From NCBI GenBank assembly GCA_951406725.2, contig OX597817.1, positions 107,074,001 through 107,138,000 on the forward strand: a DNA stretch of 64,000 bases. Reading direction: 5' to 3'. The notes under the pieces are model-generated. The model did no database searches. It saw only the letters and a program-made list of their open reading frames with translations, and was not told the DNA's origin. Position 1 is the stretch's first letter. Every line of letters starts with the position of its first letter. Below, one piece after another: positions 48,831 to 62,535 of this stretch. The position numbers and the translations under genes were made by a program. The DNA is from Octopus vulgaris (taxonomy: Eukaryota).

Positions 48831-49928
48831 TTAGTATCACTTTTGCAATGTTGGAAGTGAGGGAGATATATTGGTAGTTGGCAGTGTGAGATTGACTGTC
48901 CCTTTTTCAAATATGAGACATACTATTGCTTGTTTCAACAGTTTGTGGTGGATCCCTGTAGAGGCAGGAGAGATTGAAATGTTTGGTGGAGATGGGAGGT
49001 AGTTCAGAAAAATAGCGTTGTATATACTAATGGAGGAGAAACTGTCAAGGCTAGAGGTATTTTTACACTTGTGATTGGATTTTGTTGTATATATGTATAT
49101 ATACATGTGCATATGTGTTTGTGCATGCACATGTGTGTGTGTGTGTGTTTCTAAGCAACATTGACAGGAAATCAGGATCTTTATTTGCAGAAGTGCTAAT
49201 TAATTAGAAAACTGTATTATTTATACATTTTTGAGGATCATTAATAGACTAAGGAAGGTGAAATGGCTTTCAACTATAAATCAAATTCTTACTCTATCTT
49301 ACTCGTTAATTGTGTGTTACAATTTACATGTGCAATAAAGCGGGGTAGGTCTTCAGAAATGGTGAAAAGCCAGACTAAATACCTCTTAGAATTTACTTTT
49401 ATTACTCTGAGTTCAAATCAACAATCAATAAAATAAGTGCCAGCATTATATTGAGGTTGAGTCACTCTGCTATAACACTCCCTTACAAGATGTGACCATA
49501 TGCTTAATTAAAAGAAATCAATATTAATGTATATAGTGATAATAGCAGCAGTTTATGTAGGGAAAAAATCTGAAAAAAAAAAATCTATCACTTATTACTG
49601 AGAAAATATGTGAAAATAAAGTCATTTATTAGAATTAATTAATCATATATATATTTTATATGGTAATGTAATTAATGTTTTTGCTTTTATTTGTTTCTTT
49701 TTTTCTTTTAGTTTCTGGTTTGAATGCCTGTGAAACAGTATTCTTCTAGTTGCTTGATCTCATCAAGAAATATACCAATTCCATTTACTTTCATCGTCAT
49801 CATCACCATCACCATCATCTTCATTACTGTCTGTCCTACATTCACTGCTCACTACACTACCAAGATGTTTTCTTAAATATATTTTTCTCCAAATTCTCCT
49901 GTAAAAAAAAATGAAATTATTGATTTAA

Positions 49929-50410
49929 CCTTTTAACATTCAGATAATTCAGTCAAACTTTTTTTTATTCACATCATTCATCATCATCCTCATTTAACAT
50001 CCGCTTTCCATGCTGGCATGGGTTAGATGGATTGACTGGGGCTGGTAAGCTAGAGAACTGCACCAAGTTCCAGTCTGATTTGGCATGATTTCTACGACTG
50101 GATGCCCTTCCTAAAGCCAACTACTCCAAGAGTGTAATGAATGCTTTTTATGTGCCACCGGCACATGTGCCAGTTAGGTGACACTGGCATCAGACACAAC
50201 TACAATTTCACTTGACTTAATGAATCTTCTCCAGCACAGCATATCACCAAAGGTCTCGGTTTTGAATTAATCATCTGAGATTTCATTGATGCTACTGTTT
50301 ACTTTTAGCATGACATTGTTGGATTGGTGTGAGAGGCTAGATCTGACCAGTTTGAACATAAAACAGGTAGACTCTTCGGGCTGGATATGGCTAATTTAAA
50401 TGCTAAAAGG
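49929..50410. mobile_element. piggyBac-type MITE interrupted by an RTE 3'-end fragment (~49973-50259, -)
   Basis: TTAA at 49925-49928 and 50411-50414. The flanks are homologous to 33145-33364. Confidence 0.8.
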
Positions 50411-50459
50411 TTAAATAATGAATTATTAACTACAGTATTATTAATTAACAATATAATAA

Positions 50460-51355
50460 TTGCTTCTAATTTAGACATAAGCCTAGCAGTTTTGAGGAGA
50501 GGATTTACTTGATACTATCAACCCCAGTGGTTGACTGATATATTATTTTATTGACCCCAGTACATAATTATTACTAATTTATTGGTTCCAGAGGGATGAA
50601 AAGGAAAGTTGATTTCAACTCAGAATGTAAGGAGCCAGAACAAATACCAAGGAATTTTATCTGACACTCTAGTGATTATGTCAATAATAATAAAGGTTTC
50701 TAAAATAGACACAAGGCATGAAATTGTGGGAGTCAGTATTAATCAATTCAACTGAGTCAAGTACTTCACTTGTAATTATTTTATCAACCTCAGAAAAATG
50801 AAAGGTACAGTTGACCTCAGTGGAATTTGAACTCAGAATGTAAAGCCAGAGGAAATGCTGTCTAGCATGCTAACAATTCTGCTAGCTTGTCATCTTATCT
50901 CCCTGTCTAATGATCCTTTCTACTATAGGTACAAGGCCTGAAATTTTGGAAGAGAAGAATAGTCAATTACATCAAACCTAATGATCAGCTGGTACTTATT
51001 TTATTGACCCCGAAAGGATGAAATGCAACATTGACGTTGGTGGAAATTGAACTCAGAACATAAAGTCAGAAAAAAATACTGTCAAGTATTTAGTCCAGTA
51101 TGCTAGCAATTCTTTTAGCTTGCCATTTTGTTTCCTAGTCCAATAATGACCTCAAATTTTGACACAAGGCCAGCAGTTTGTGGGGAGGGACTAAATCAAT
51201 TAAACCAGCTCCAGTGTTCAACTGGTACTTTTATCAACCCCGAAAGGAGGAAAGGTAAAGTCAACCTAAGTGGAATTTGAATTCAGACTGTATAGGCAGA
51301 TGAAATACTGCTAAGCATTTTGCTCAGTGTGCTAATGATTCTGCCAGCTCCGCAC
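50460..51355 (-). mobile_element. Four head-to-tail family B SINE copies
   Basis: Repeated reverse-complement central domain (gaaaggatgaaagg...gaactcagaa) near 50590, 50795, 51010 and 51240. Confidence 0.8.
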
Positions 51356-51450
51356 CTTATCTCCCTGTCTAATAATTAATAATTGTTATTAGAAAAGTAG
51401 TGGAAAGTGGAATCAGAGGAGTAGTATTTGATTTGACCCTTTATGCTTAA

Positions 51451-52522
51451 CCCTTTCGTTACCAAACCAGCCGAAAAAAATTTTGGCTAATGTGACCAAG
51501 CCGCCCAAAACTGCCTGAATTTACCTATTCATATTTAAATGAGAATATCAGAGCAAATCTCTTTAGTACATTCGTGAAAACACGTATTATACTTCGTAAA
51601 GAGTTCAACTACAGTTTTGTACAAAAACTCGAAGTGTAATTTTAATTCTGTGAATTTTGGGAGATTTTTTTTCTAAATTTGTTCCTATTGTGTTTTCAAA
51701 ATTTGTAATTCTGACAAAAAAATGGATACGAATTTCATTATATCAAGCAGCGAGTCAGAATTCGAAAAATTTTCTACGGAAGACCTTCATAAATCTAACT
51801 CTATGACTGAAAAAAAAAAAGCATGTGGTATTTGATAATGAATCTGATGTTTCATTTTCCAAAAGTGAAAACAGTGAATCTGAGAGCTCCGACAGCGATA
51901 AAGAAAATGAATTGGCACCTGAATGGAGTGAAAATTTTAAAACTGTTTCTTTCGGTGATTTTTCTGAAGAAACTGGACCAAGCCACAGACTTTCCCAGAA
52001 GAGTAAAGCCTTAGACTATTTCTTTTTACTTTTTCGAATGAGCCTATTTGAAATCATTACGGTGGAAACGAACCTGTTACGCTAAATGTAAACCAAAACG
52101 AAAGAAAGTGGTTTCCCATAACCTTAAATGAAATTAAGACTATTTTGCCATAAATATTATTATGGGTATCAGAAAGTTACCCAGAATAACAAATTCTATC
52201 GTAAAATTTTGTTGTATACCCAATTGAATATTAGCTAATAACCCATTTTCTATAGCGATGTTTGAACAAAATTTTAATAATTTTATATTTTGTTGAATTT
52301 ACCTGTATCTACCTGCAATTAGAGTCACTTTGTGACAAAAATTATAGTATAGAATTGGTTGAGAACATTTCATTAAATTATCTTCCAAAATTCACGTTAA
52401 TATATTGATAAATAAAAAAGTTATAGTTGTTTAATGAAACCAGACTAAATTTATGATTACGTTAGAAATTAATTGAAACACATAAGGGGTGTATTTTGGT
52501 CAGAAATATAGTAACAAAAGGG
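51451..52522 (+). mobile_element. Internally deleted piggyBac transposon (1072 bp) with transposase N-terminal remnant
   Basis: TTAA|ccctttcgttac...gtaacaaaaggg|TTAA. Acidic N-terminus followed by GP...ALDYFFLLF...I.VETN...W...TLNEIK...IIMGIRKLP, typical of PGBD-family transposases. Confidence 0.92.
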
Positions 52523-52569
52523 TTAAAGTTCAAACCTTGTCAGAGTTGACTTTGCCTTTTATTCGCCAT

Positions 52570-52780
52570 TTTAAAAGCACTCAGCACACTCTGTAAAGTG
52601 ATTGGTGTTAGGAAGAGCGTCCAGTCATAGAAATCAAGCCAAAACAGATTATGGAATCTGGTGCAGTTCTTCTGCTTACCAGCTCTAGTCAAGCTATCCA
52701 ACCCATACCAGCACAGAAAACAAATGTTAAAGCATGATGATGACGATGACAATGATGATGGTGATGATGATGTTGATAAT
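52570..52780 (+). mobile_element. RTE-type 3' tail fragment with (GAT)n
   Basis: ggtgttaggaagagcgtccag...ccataccagcac...gttaaa(gat)n. Similar fragments at ~5840-6070, 31990-32098, 59305-59490, 60240-60415 and 63430-63725. Confidence 0.75.
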
Positions 52781-52898
52781 GAGCTATAAAATAGTTCCAG
52801 GCAAGTATAGATTCATTCAAATAGACTACACTTCTCTCCTACAAATGTTTGGTCTTCTGCCAATATTAGAATACAATTTTTCAAGTTGTTGTTGTTGA

Positions 52899-52934
<36 letters not shown>

Positions 52935-55900
52935 TATCATATTCTATTAATAACTTCATTCAAGATAAAATTCACTAAACGCATTGAATAATTTATTCTT
53001 CTTCCTACTGAAATGCTAGAAAAAAAATCATAAATAAATGTTTATAACATGTTGTACAAAAATAACATAGTAGTTAACTTGTGAACAAGAACAGCCAAAA
53101 AATATTATGGCTCTAAGAGTACATGTCTGAGTGCCTGAATGGCACAATAACAAGAGAAATACTAGAAGTTAAAGTTTAGAGATGAATAAATTCCTTTCAA
53201 ATTCTGGCTGTAAAGAACACAAGTAATCTGAGAGGCTTTGTGATATTTGATAAATGATATGAAAAGTAGACAAGGGAATGTGCCTTATCTTTCTGAAAGG
53301 TCAAGTTAGATTATGTGAAGGTGAGAGGTGTCAAGTTCAACAATATAATTAACTAATTAATTGTTCTCTTCTAACAAACTTCACTCACAATCACAAGTTT
53401 CTAAATTAATTTTCGAAACTAAGCACTTTCAAAATTATAAGGTTCTATGAATATCCTGGGTTTCTGTGACATGAAGTAAATAGTATCCCACAACTAGCCT
53501 TTCTGGTGGGAGAGGCTGAAATGAGCACTGACAGCTAATGAAATACTTCTCAGTTTCAAATTATTCTCATCTTAGGGCAAGAATTAAACCACCTAGTTTA
53601 ATTCCCTGCCACAAGGGAAGCCTCTATACAGTTGAACAACATCATAGAGACATCAGTAACTAATATTGCTGGTATAATTTAAGTATCATAACTACCAATA
53701 TAACCTTTCTTTAAGATGTAAGACCAAAGATCTCTCAAATAATGTCCTATATCTTAAAGAAAGCATATATTAGCCAACATAGTATCTGACACACAAATTT
53801 GATCATAAGTGAGCCTAAGGCTAAATGACACAATAATGTACTGTGCAATGTCATTCTCTATGGGTTGGGAATATTGTATATCTGGAGCACTAGGTCAGTG
53901 GAAAGTAACTAGTAACTACATGCATGGTAGTCACTAGAGCTGGCCAGATTGGGGGATGGCTAAACACAACAAAAAATTGGAGCTGAGCCATGGATGTAAT
54001 CCAATAATCATGGAAGGCTATGAACTAGTGACCTATGCCTCTTAGCTAGTTGTCTATTCTATTATCTAATTGATTCAGTCATCCCCATTTCATAATCTAA
54101 TGTACATGTAGTACCAATAAGGTGGGATCACTCATCTAAACAGAGCACTAATATCTCCCACAAATCATCTTAAATAGGGAAAAGACACATTAAGTAATGT
54201 AGTCCTTTCTTTCTGCACCATCAAGATTTAAATTAACCTTAGAGACTTCCTTAACAGGTACTATGTGCTTATGGAATTTTCATGGGAGAATATGAAGGTG
54301 ATTTTCTGTTGCTTTCTTTCAGGCAATTTTTGTTTTACAAGAAACCATTTTGTTGGTTGGTTGGATACAAATTCCCTACTCAGAATATAAAGAGCTGGAA
54401 CAAATACCACAAAACATTTTGTTCAGTGCTTTAACAATTTTGCCAGTTTAACACCCTGGACATGGAAGGATGAAAAACAAAGTTGACCTTGATATTATTT
54501 GAACACTGAATATAAAGAACTAAAACAAATACAACAAGGTAATCTTGTTTGCCACTCAAATGATTCTGTCAATTTGAAGCCTTAATATAATGCCACGTCA
54601 AGCCAGTGTGACAGAGTAGGCTCATCAAACTAGTATGATTTCAGGCTCAAATTCATGGTTTCCGCATTGAATCATGGTTGGTGGAGAGAACATGCAGAGG
54701 CCCTCGTTCTGCAGTGGACTGAACATGGGCAATCCAATCCAATATAATGCTACAGAGTCATAAAAAGATAGGACAAATGTGGTTGGTATACCCATAACCG
54801 AAAGGTTAGTATGATCGAAACAGACCTGGAGCTGAATGACAAATCGGTTGATTTTTCTACATCTGGGACATTTTTGCTCTGTTATGCTTTGCTGCCTGGT
54901 AAAGGGATTGTGTGGAGTTTCAGTATTGTATGTAGCATAGTATAGCACCACTTCTAGGGTAAGTCTTCATGACATGTCTGCAGTAAGATTAACTTATTCT
55001 TTTTGTTTAGTCCAGATCAAATCTCAGTGAGCAGCCTTTTGTTCAAAGGAGTCCCAACTGCAATTATCGTTTTTTAAGACAGTGAACTTTATCTAAAACT
55101 ATATTATCCTAAGTCCTTTTTTAAAGGCATTATGGTATGATTTGAGAGAGATTTAGCTGCTATTTCCAGCACCATACTTCTAAAGATTAAACTCATTCCT
55201 CACTACATTCCATAGTAAATTAATTGTCATTAATTCAAATACTGAAGTTGTCTTCTCTTGTTTTTTTTTCAACAAAATTAGTAATTTAGAAAACAATTAT
55301 TTGCATTAACGTGGGTGTAATTTTAGTTAATTAAAATTTCTAGGTTTATTACATCAGGTAGGCTAGAATCCATTTTACAATTTTGCTATTTCTTAACAGG
55401 CTGAGCAAATTCATAGAGGCATCCTTGTTGGCTTATGACTCTTGCTAGCTCTGTTATCTATTCAGCTGTAGCAAATCTATGGTGGTTGACAGAATGATTG
55501 GTTTAAGAAAATAACGAAAATGATCTCTATGAAATCAATATAGTTGTTTGAAAACTACTATTTTTCAAATATTGTTGTTTATTTTCAATGGATAAAGAAC
55601 TTTATAGTTATAGAGGAGGCAAAATGGGATCATGTAGATTTGTTTCCTCAAAGGCTATTAGCAACTACAAATGATGTTTAACACTTTACCTATGATGGGA
55701 GTCACTTGTAACTTGCTATGCTAAATTCTTAATTTACCATGGGAATCACAGCTTAAAAAATTGAAAAATGCATAATTTGTAACAAAATTAGACTGCTGGT
55801 ACAAAAGAAAATATGGGCTTGGTAGGCAAAGTGTTAAAAACCTTAAGCTTTCAAGTGAAATTATGTCCTTGTTGTTGCAGATCAACTCAGATCAAATAGA

Positions 55901-58321
55901 GACTTACAATAAAAGACATTCTAGCCTAACCATCCATCTTTTATTCTATTCAGTGTGTCTAGGATCACATTAGCCAATATATCTTACTTTTCTTTAAGGT
56001 TATATGATGCAATTTGAGAGATTTAGCTACCTATTTCTAGCAGACCAAGCAACTACATAGAGGTTATCTCATTAGCTCAAGTGCAATTAGTTTATAAATC
56101 TTAGATTACCCCAAGCTCATGACTATTCTTTTTTTTAGAGCATTATATTACTAGGCTTCAGGTTTTACAAATTAGATATACAATCAATGACCTCTAAGTT
56201 TTTGTAAGTTATGGGTACTTTTGAAAACATGTTAGAGTTATCTAATTATCAGTATGGTCAGTAGAACAAAACACATGCACACATGTGTACATATACATAC
56301 ATGAATACATACACCTACACATATGTGCATGAATAAAAGCAAAAGAAAAAGAAAAAAAACCCAGCAACATACAAACTAGGTATAAGTACTTTAAGTTTTC
56401 CACACTGTTAACCATTAACCTCATCTTTTTCTACACTATATTTGGATTATGATATTTTCACATAATCCTCTATACATACCTTTTCTCTCCCTCCCCCTCC
56501 TCTATACATACCTTTTCTCTCTCTCTCTCCCCATTCCACTATAATACCTTCTCTCTCTCTCTCTTTAATCTTCTATCTGTCTGCTTGTATATATCTTATA
56601 TCTTTTACTTGTTTCAGTCAATGGACTGTGGCCATGCTGGAGCACTGCCTTGAAGGGTTTTAATCAAATGATTTGACTCCCTAGTACTTATTCCTGTAAC
56701 TGCTAATTTACAGGAATGCAAACAAACCAACACAAGTTGTCAAGTGGTGATCACACACACACACTTTATACATGGGGATGGTCATATTTTGCCAATTAAA
56801 CACACACTATGTATAGCTTTATTATTATTATTTTAATTTCTCTGTCAAAGCTCTTACATCACACATCCTGTGACCTCATCAGCAACTCTCGATCCCATGT
56901 GTCTCCTCTTGTTCTTTTTATCCCATTATATATATATATACACACACACGATGGGCTTCTTTCAGTTTTCATCTACCAAATCCACAAAATTGGTAGGTCC
57001 AGGGCTACGGTAGAAGACATTTGACTAATATGGGACTGAACTCAGAATGTAAAGGGAAGTAATCATATTTTGTCAAGTGCATTTTTACTGACTCTGTACT
57101 GATTCTATCCGTCTTCTACTCTTATGCCTATAAAATAACTAAAAGTAAAATTAGCCTCATCAAATAGGAAATCTTAGACTACTATCCTAACGACATTACC
57201 TTTAATCATTTATGAAGCAATCTTGCAAAGAATGAGGAATGCTAATTGTAATCAGTTACTTATGGAAGTTGTTGAGTCAAATACAACCAATCAATTAAGA
57301 AATAAAATTGATAAATTACTGGGGAATATGATACTTTCTGAAGGTGTTCATTATGAATGACTAGGCATTTACAGGATTTGCTCTTCTAGTCATGAAAATC
57401 TATGGAGTTGCTATTTAACCTCAAGTCGGCACCAATTGAATAAACTTATGATCAAAGTTGTTCCAGCTACAACTAGTCAGTCAAATATCTCTTCCTTCTT
57501 TTTTAAGACAAAATGGGAGATTTGGCTGTTGTTTCTAGAATGCCAAACAATGGCATAGAGTAGCAGTTCTCTCTCTATGACTTAGGATCTCCTTTTATTT
57601 ACATGGATTTTCCCTATGGATCCCAAGCTTTTCAAAGGTCTGTCTACTTAGCTCATGGATCTCCAGTAATCTCTTTGTGGGGCCCTGGGTTTTCCACTTC
57701 CATAAGTTCCATCTCCTTTAAGCAATCAACACTTTATACAGCTATCCTCATCCATATGCATTACATGACTAAACCATCACAGCTATACCTGACTCCTTGT
57801 ATACCTAATTTTTCTCTCAACATATCTGCACTTTGTTGTACATGCACACTAATGTTGCATATCCAGTGGAGCATACTATCTCTTTTGTCTTCACATGTCC
57901 TCTAATTGTAGGGTCTATGTCTCAACATCCTAGGCTGAGAACTATTGGCATAGCTTCCTTATTGGTTCGAATCTATAAAGTTGGATATGTAAAACAATTC
58001 TTACCGGACATCTCTTTCACTAGTGTCTGCGTCTCTGATAGCTTCTTTCAGATAACCTTCCATTTCAGCACTGCTGCTTTTGAAGTATTCATTTTGTTTT
58101 ATCCATTTATGTAATTCCATCTATATATATAAAAAAACAGATTATAATTATTTCATATATTGTAATGGTGAAAATTTCAGTGAAAAATTTCATAAAGCTT
58201 GTATCAGACTTTGAAGTTTCGTCCAGCTACACCATTGCCAGTTAGTTTTGCCTTTAAATACTCTCTATTACTCAACATATATACATATTTGTTTAAATAT
58301 ATGAGCAAATGTATATATAGA

Positions 58322-58720
58322 TGCAGGTGTGGCTGTGGTAAGAAGTTTCTCAACCACATGGTTCCAGGTTAATTCCACTGCACGATACCTTATATGCATA
58401 CATATGTGTGTGTGTGTATGCGCGCACATGTGCATGCTCGTACAAGTGTTTGTGTTTGTCTTGACATTGCACAATAGTTGTAAATGAGTTTCACTGTCAT
58501 ACAAGCAGTACCATTCATTTCCAATATTCTGTGAGAACATGTCTGGCCATGGAGAAATATTAACCTTACTTGGAAATGAGTGAATGTTGGAGATAGGAAG
58601 GGCATCCAGCCATAGAAAACGTGCTTCAAAAATAATCTCTCTAACCATGAAAGCATAGAAAATTGGGCATTAAATGATGATAATGATAATAATGATGACA
58701 ATGATGATGATGATGATGAT
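58322..58720 (+). mobile_element. Family A SINE head with an RTE-derived 3' tail
   Basis: gcaggtgtggctgtggtaagaag head, (TG)n, then aggaagggcatccagccatagaaa...gcattaaa(tga)n, as in the RTE 3' end at 12520-12675. Confidence 0.75.
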
Positions 58721-58848
58721 GACAGATGGTACTATTAAGAAATAAATGAAAAAAATAAATTTTTGGTGATTTTAAATAACTCTCCACTATGGTATTTCAG
58801 CACAGTCTCAGATGAAGTCAGTTGTCAAACAAGTACACTTCTAAAATA

Positions 58849-58898
<50 letters not shown>

Positions 58899-61263
58899 TA
58901 GAGTAAAGTTTTCACACTCAGTTTCATATGATTTAATTTCCAAAAATTATATTTTGTTACAATAAATACTATTAGTCAAAATTAGTAACAAAGAAGGTCA
59001 TGCTGAACTCTGTTCTTTTGAAGCTGAGATTGAATTGTTGATTTTATAAAAATATTTTAAGAAGATCATGAACTAAATTTGTTTCTTTCATATTTCTTAT
59101 GCATGCAATTTGGTTAAATAAAAGAAACAAAAACAAGATACTGGTTCAACTTATCTTTTGTGTATATATACAATATCTTTTGTATCTATGAAGTACAATT
59201 TATGGACCACCATGTTGCATGTAATATGCACCAAAGCTCTGCCTGTCATGAAGTTTTAAAAAATTGTTTTCTGAATTTTTGTAGTAAATTATCTTCACCA
59301 TTGACATTTAATGTCCATGTTCCATGCTGAAATGGGTCGGATGGTTTGACAATATCTCATGACCCAAGAACTGCATCATATTCCAGTGTCTGCTTTGGCA
59401 TGGTTTCAACAGTTGAATGCTTTTTCTAATGCTAACCAGTTTTACAGTATGTACTGGGTGCTGTTTCTTGTGCTACCAGCACCAGTGAGATCACCATGCA
59501 GAACCAAGTTTAACAACCATAAGTCCTCCTTTGATATCCATAAGAGATTTAAAGTCATAGCCTTGGTTAAGCATATATGGTTATTGAAAGAAAGCACTAC
59601 AGATCTAAAGTACTATGAATTACAATATCGAGTGGAAAATTCTGGAGAAATACACACTTTATCTTAACAGTAGCAGAAAGTGCAGATTTTACTTAGTGGA
59701 GAATAAAAATTATATTTAAAAAACTCACTTCACCCAGACACCCAGCTGTATGAAGAAGTGTCGATTGTTAAATGTTGAAGGAACATGTGGAAAAGGTAAA
59801 CCTAGGAAGATGTGAGATCAAGTGGTGAAAACTGACCTCAATATGTTGAGCCTCTCAGGCAACCAAGATGAATGGCATTATACTGTGCTTATGGAGACCC
59901 GTCCATATCAACAGAATTGAGGCTCTGTCAGGCCTTCCCTCATGACTCATCTATTTTCTTCACTTCCCACTACACCGAATAGATATCCTCTGTGTCCAAC
60001 TAATTCCCTAGCTCTAATAATTTGTCAGTCAGTGCACTTCCTATTCTGTCTCATTCATGTTGTACCCAAATTTCATATCTTTTTCTTTCTCTCTCTCACT
60101 TTCCAAGTGGAAAAGCCATGTATTCACCTTTTCAGCAAGATACCTGCTCCTCTTCCTCTATCATAGTTTCTTATTTCTCCAGTCTATACCCTGCTCAGTC
60201 AAGAGGTCTTATGTCATAAGTACTTGGCATATTCACCAATGTTGATGCCACGTAAAAAGCACCCAATACACTCTATTAAGTGTTTGACATTAGGTAGGGC
60301 ACCCAGCTGTAGAAATTATGCCAAAGCAGACACAGAACCTGGAAGAGCCTTTTGGCTTGTCTGATCTTGTCAAACTGCCCAACCCATGGAAAAAAACGGA
60401 CATTAAGGATGATATATTTATGATGGGTTTCTTTCAGTTTCCATCCACCAAATCCACTCAAGGTTTTAGTTGGCCCAGGGCTATAGTAGATGACACTTGC
60501 CCAAGGTGCCACACAATGGGGCTAAAACTGGAAGCACGTGGCTGAGAAGCAAACTTCTTACCACACAGCCATCAATTTCTATGCATACATTTTTCATTGG
60601 TGATAAGATGCAACACAAGACAGTTAAAGTCTGGTTTTAATTGGTAATAAAATATAATATACTACACTTGGAATATATATAAAAAAAAACATCCAGTAAT
60701 TGCAACTGATAATGCTCAATCTGTGATAAAAAAAATGGCAAAAACTACCACAGTGAAACTAATATTACATGGAAGTAAGCTGTGAAGCTACTAAGAAATA
60801 AAGTTATTTATATAAACAAGAAATTTGGAAACATTCCCATCTATATATTGTATCTTTTATCTTTTACTTTTCAGACATTGGACTGTGGCCATGCTGGAGC
60901 ATCACCTTGAAGGGTTTAGTCAAATAAATCAATTCCAGTACATATTTTTAAAGTCTGATATTTGTTCTGTAAGTATCTTTTGCTGAACTGCTAAATTACA
61001 AGGCTGTAAACAAACTAACACCAATTGTCAAGCAGTGGGTTAGGGGTAAATACAAAAACACACACATACATATATACATATATGGTAGGCTGTCATACAG
61101 TTTCTGTCTACCATATTCACTCACCGGGCATTGATCAGCCCAAAACTGTATTAAAAGACATTTGCCCAAGGTGCCATAAAGTGGGACTGAACCTGAAACC
61201 ACATAGTGTCAAAAAGAGCTTCTTAACAACACAGCCACGACTTATTAAAATTTTAGCTTTATA

Positions 61264-62504
61264 TGAGGTCATTAAGAATGAAATGTCTGATTTTCTTATG
61301 CACTAAATTTGACAGTCGTTAACTCTAATGTTTTATCCTGACAATTCTTTATTTTACAAAACTGAAGGGTTAAATCATCACATTTTGAAATTCATTTCAT
61401 GATGTCTGATTATATTGTGAGTTTTTCTTGTAAATCAATTTTTGTGGACCCATGGATAGATAAAAAAATTCCATGTTGTTTATGAATATGAGTTCTGTCA
61501 TGGAACCAATGCATCTCAGACAGCTCGAAACATCAATGAGGTGTTTGGTGAAGATGTGGCAAGTGAGTGCACCGTACGCTGATGGTTTGAGAAGTTCAGG
61601 CCTGGTAACTTTACTCTTGGAAATCAGCTCCATGGTAGACCTGAGACCAAGGTGGATAATAATGAGCTGGAAACTGTAGTGGAAGTGGATACATCTCAAA
61701 CTACGCATGAGTTAGCAGCAAGGTTTGATGTTTCAATTCCAACTGTATAGGACCATCTGAAACAAACTGGCAAGGTAAAGAAGCTGGACAAGTGGGTACC
61801 ACACAAACTGAACGAGCATCAAATGACATGTAATCTTGAAACTTGTTGTTCTTTGGTGTCATAGCATAAAAGCAAACCACTTTTGCATCGTATTGTTACT
61901 TGTGATGAAAAATGGATTCTTTTCAACAAAAGCAAGCATTCTGCACAATGGTTGGATAGAGACAAAATGCCAAAGCACAATCCAAAAAAGAATATTCACC
62001 AAAAAACGCTAATGGTGTCTGTTTGGTGGTCCAGCACTGGTGTCATCCACTGCAACTGGAAAGTCAATTACAGTGGATGTATACATCAACCAATAGGATG
62101 AAACGATGAGTGAACTTGCAATTAAACAACTGAGTTTGGTCAATAGAGACAGGCCAATTCTCATGCAAGACAATGCTTGACCACATGTTGCACAAAGAAC
62201 ACTATTCAAGTTACAGGAACTGAACTTGGAAGTACTCTGTCATCCACCATATTCACCAGACCTTGCACCAACTGACTATCATGTTTTCCAAGCATTAGAC
62301 AACTTGAAATCTGAAGAAGATGCAAAAAACAGCCTTTCGGGATTTCATCACCTCTTGCTCTCCAGAATTCTTCACTGCCAGCATAAGCTTTCAATAAAAT
62401 GGCAAAATCGTGTTGATACTTTCATTAACTGCATTGCTTTTTGTTGAGATATAGTAAAATATACTTTCAGTTCAAAATCGGACATTTCATTCTTAATGAT
62501 CTGA
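61264..62504 (+). mobile_element. Full-length defective mariner transposon, cecropia (Hsmar1-like) subfamily
   Basis: 31-bp TIRs at 61264-61294 and 62474-62504 with TA on both flanks. ATG 61452; TARNINEVFG, GKVKKLDKWVPH, RIVTCDEKW, QDNA and HPPYSPDLAPTDYH motifs, with stops and frameshifts. Confidence 0.94.
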
Positions 62505-62535
62505 TATTTACTTTTTCAAAATGATAGTAATCATA

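Noticed and set aside
51722-52190. Host PGBD gene
   Set aside because: It is a frameshifted N-terminal fragment only, lacks the DDD catalytic region, and is enclosed by TIRs and TTAA.
61452-62447. SETMAR or another domesticated transposase gene
   Set aside because: It has multiple stops and frameshifts, intact TIRs with a TA TSD, and no SET domain, so it is a dead transposon.
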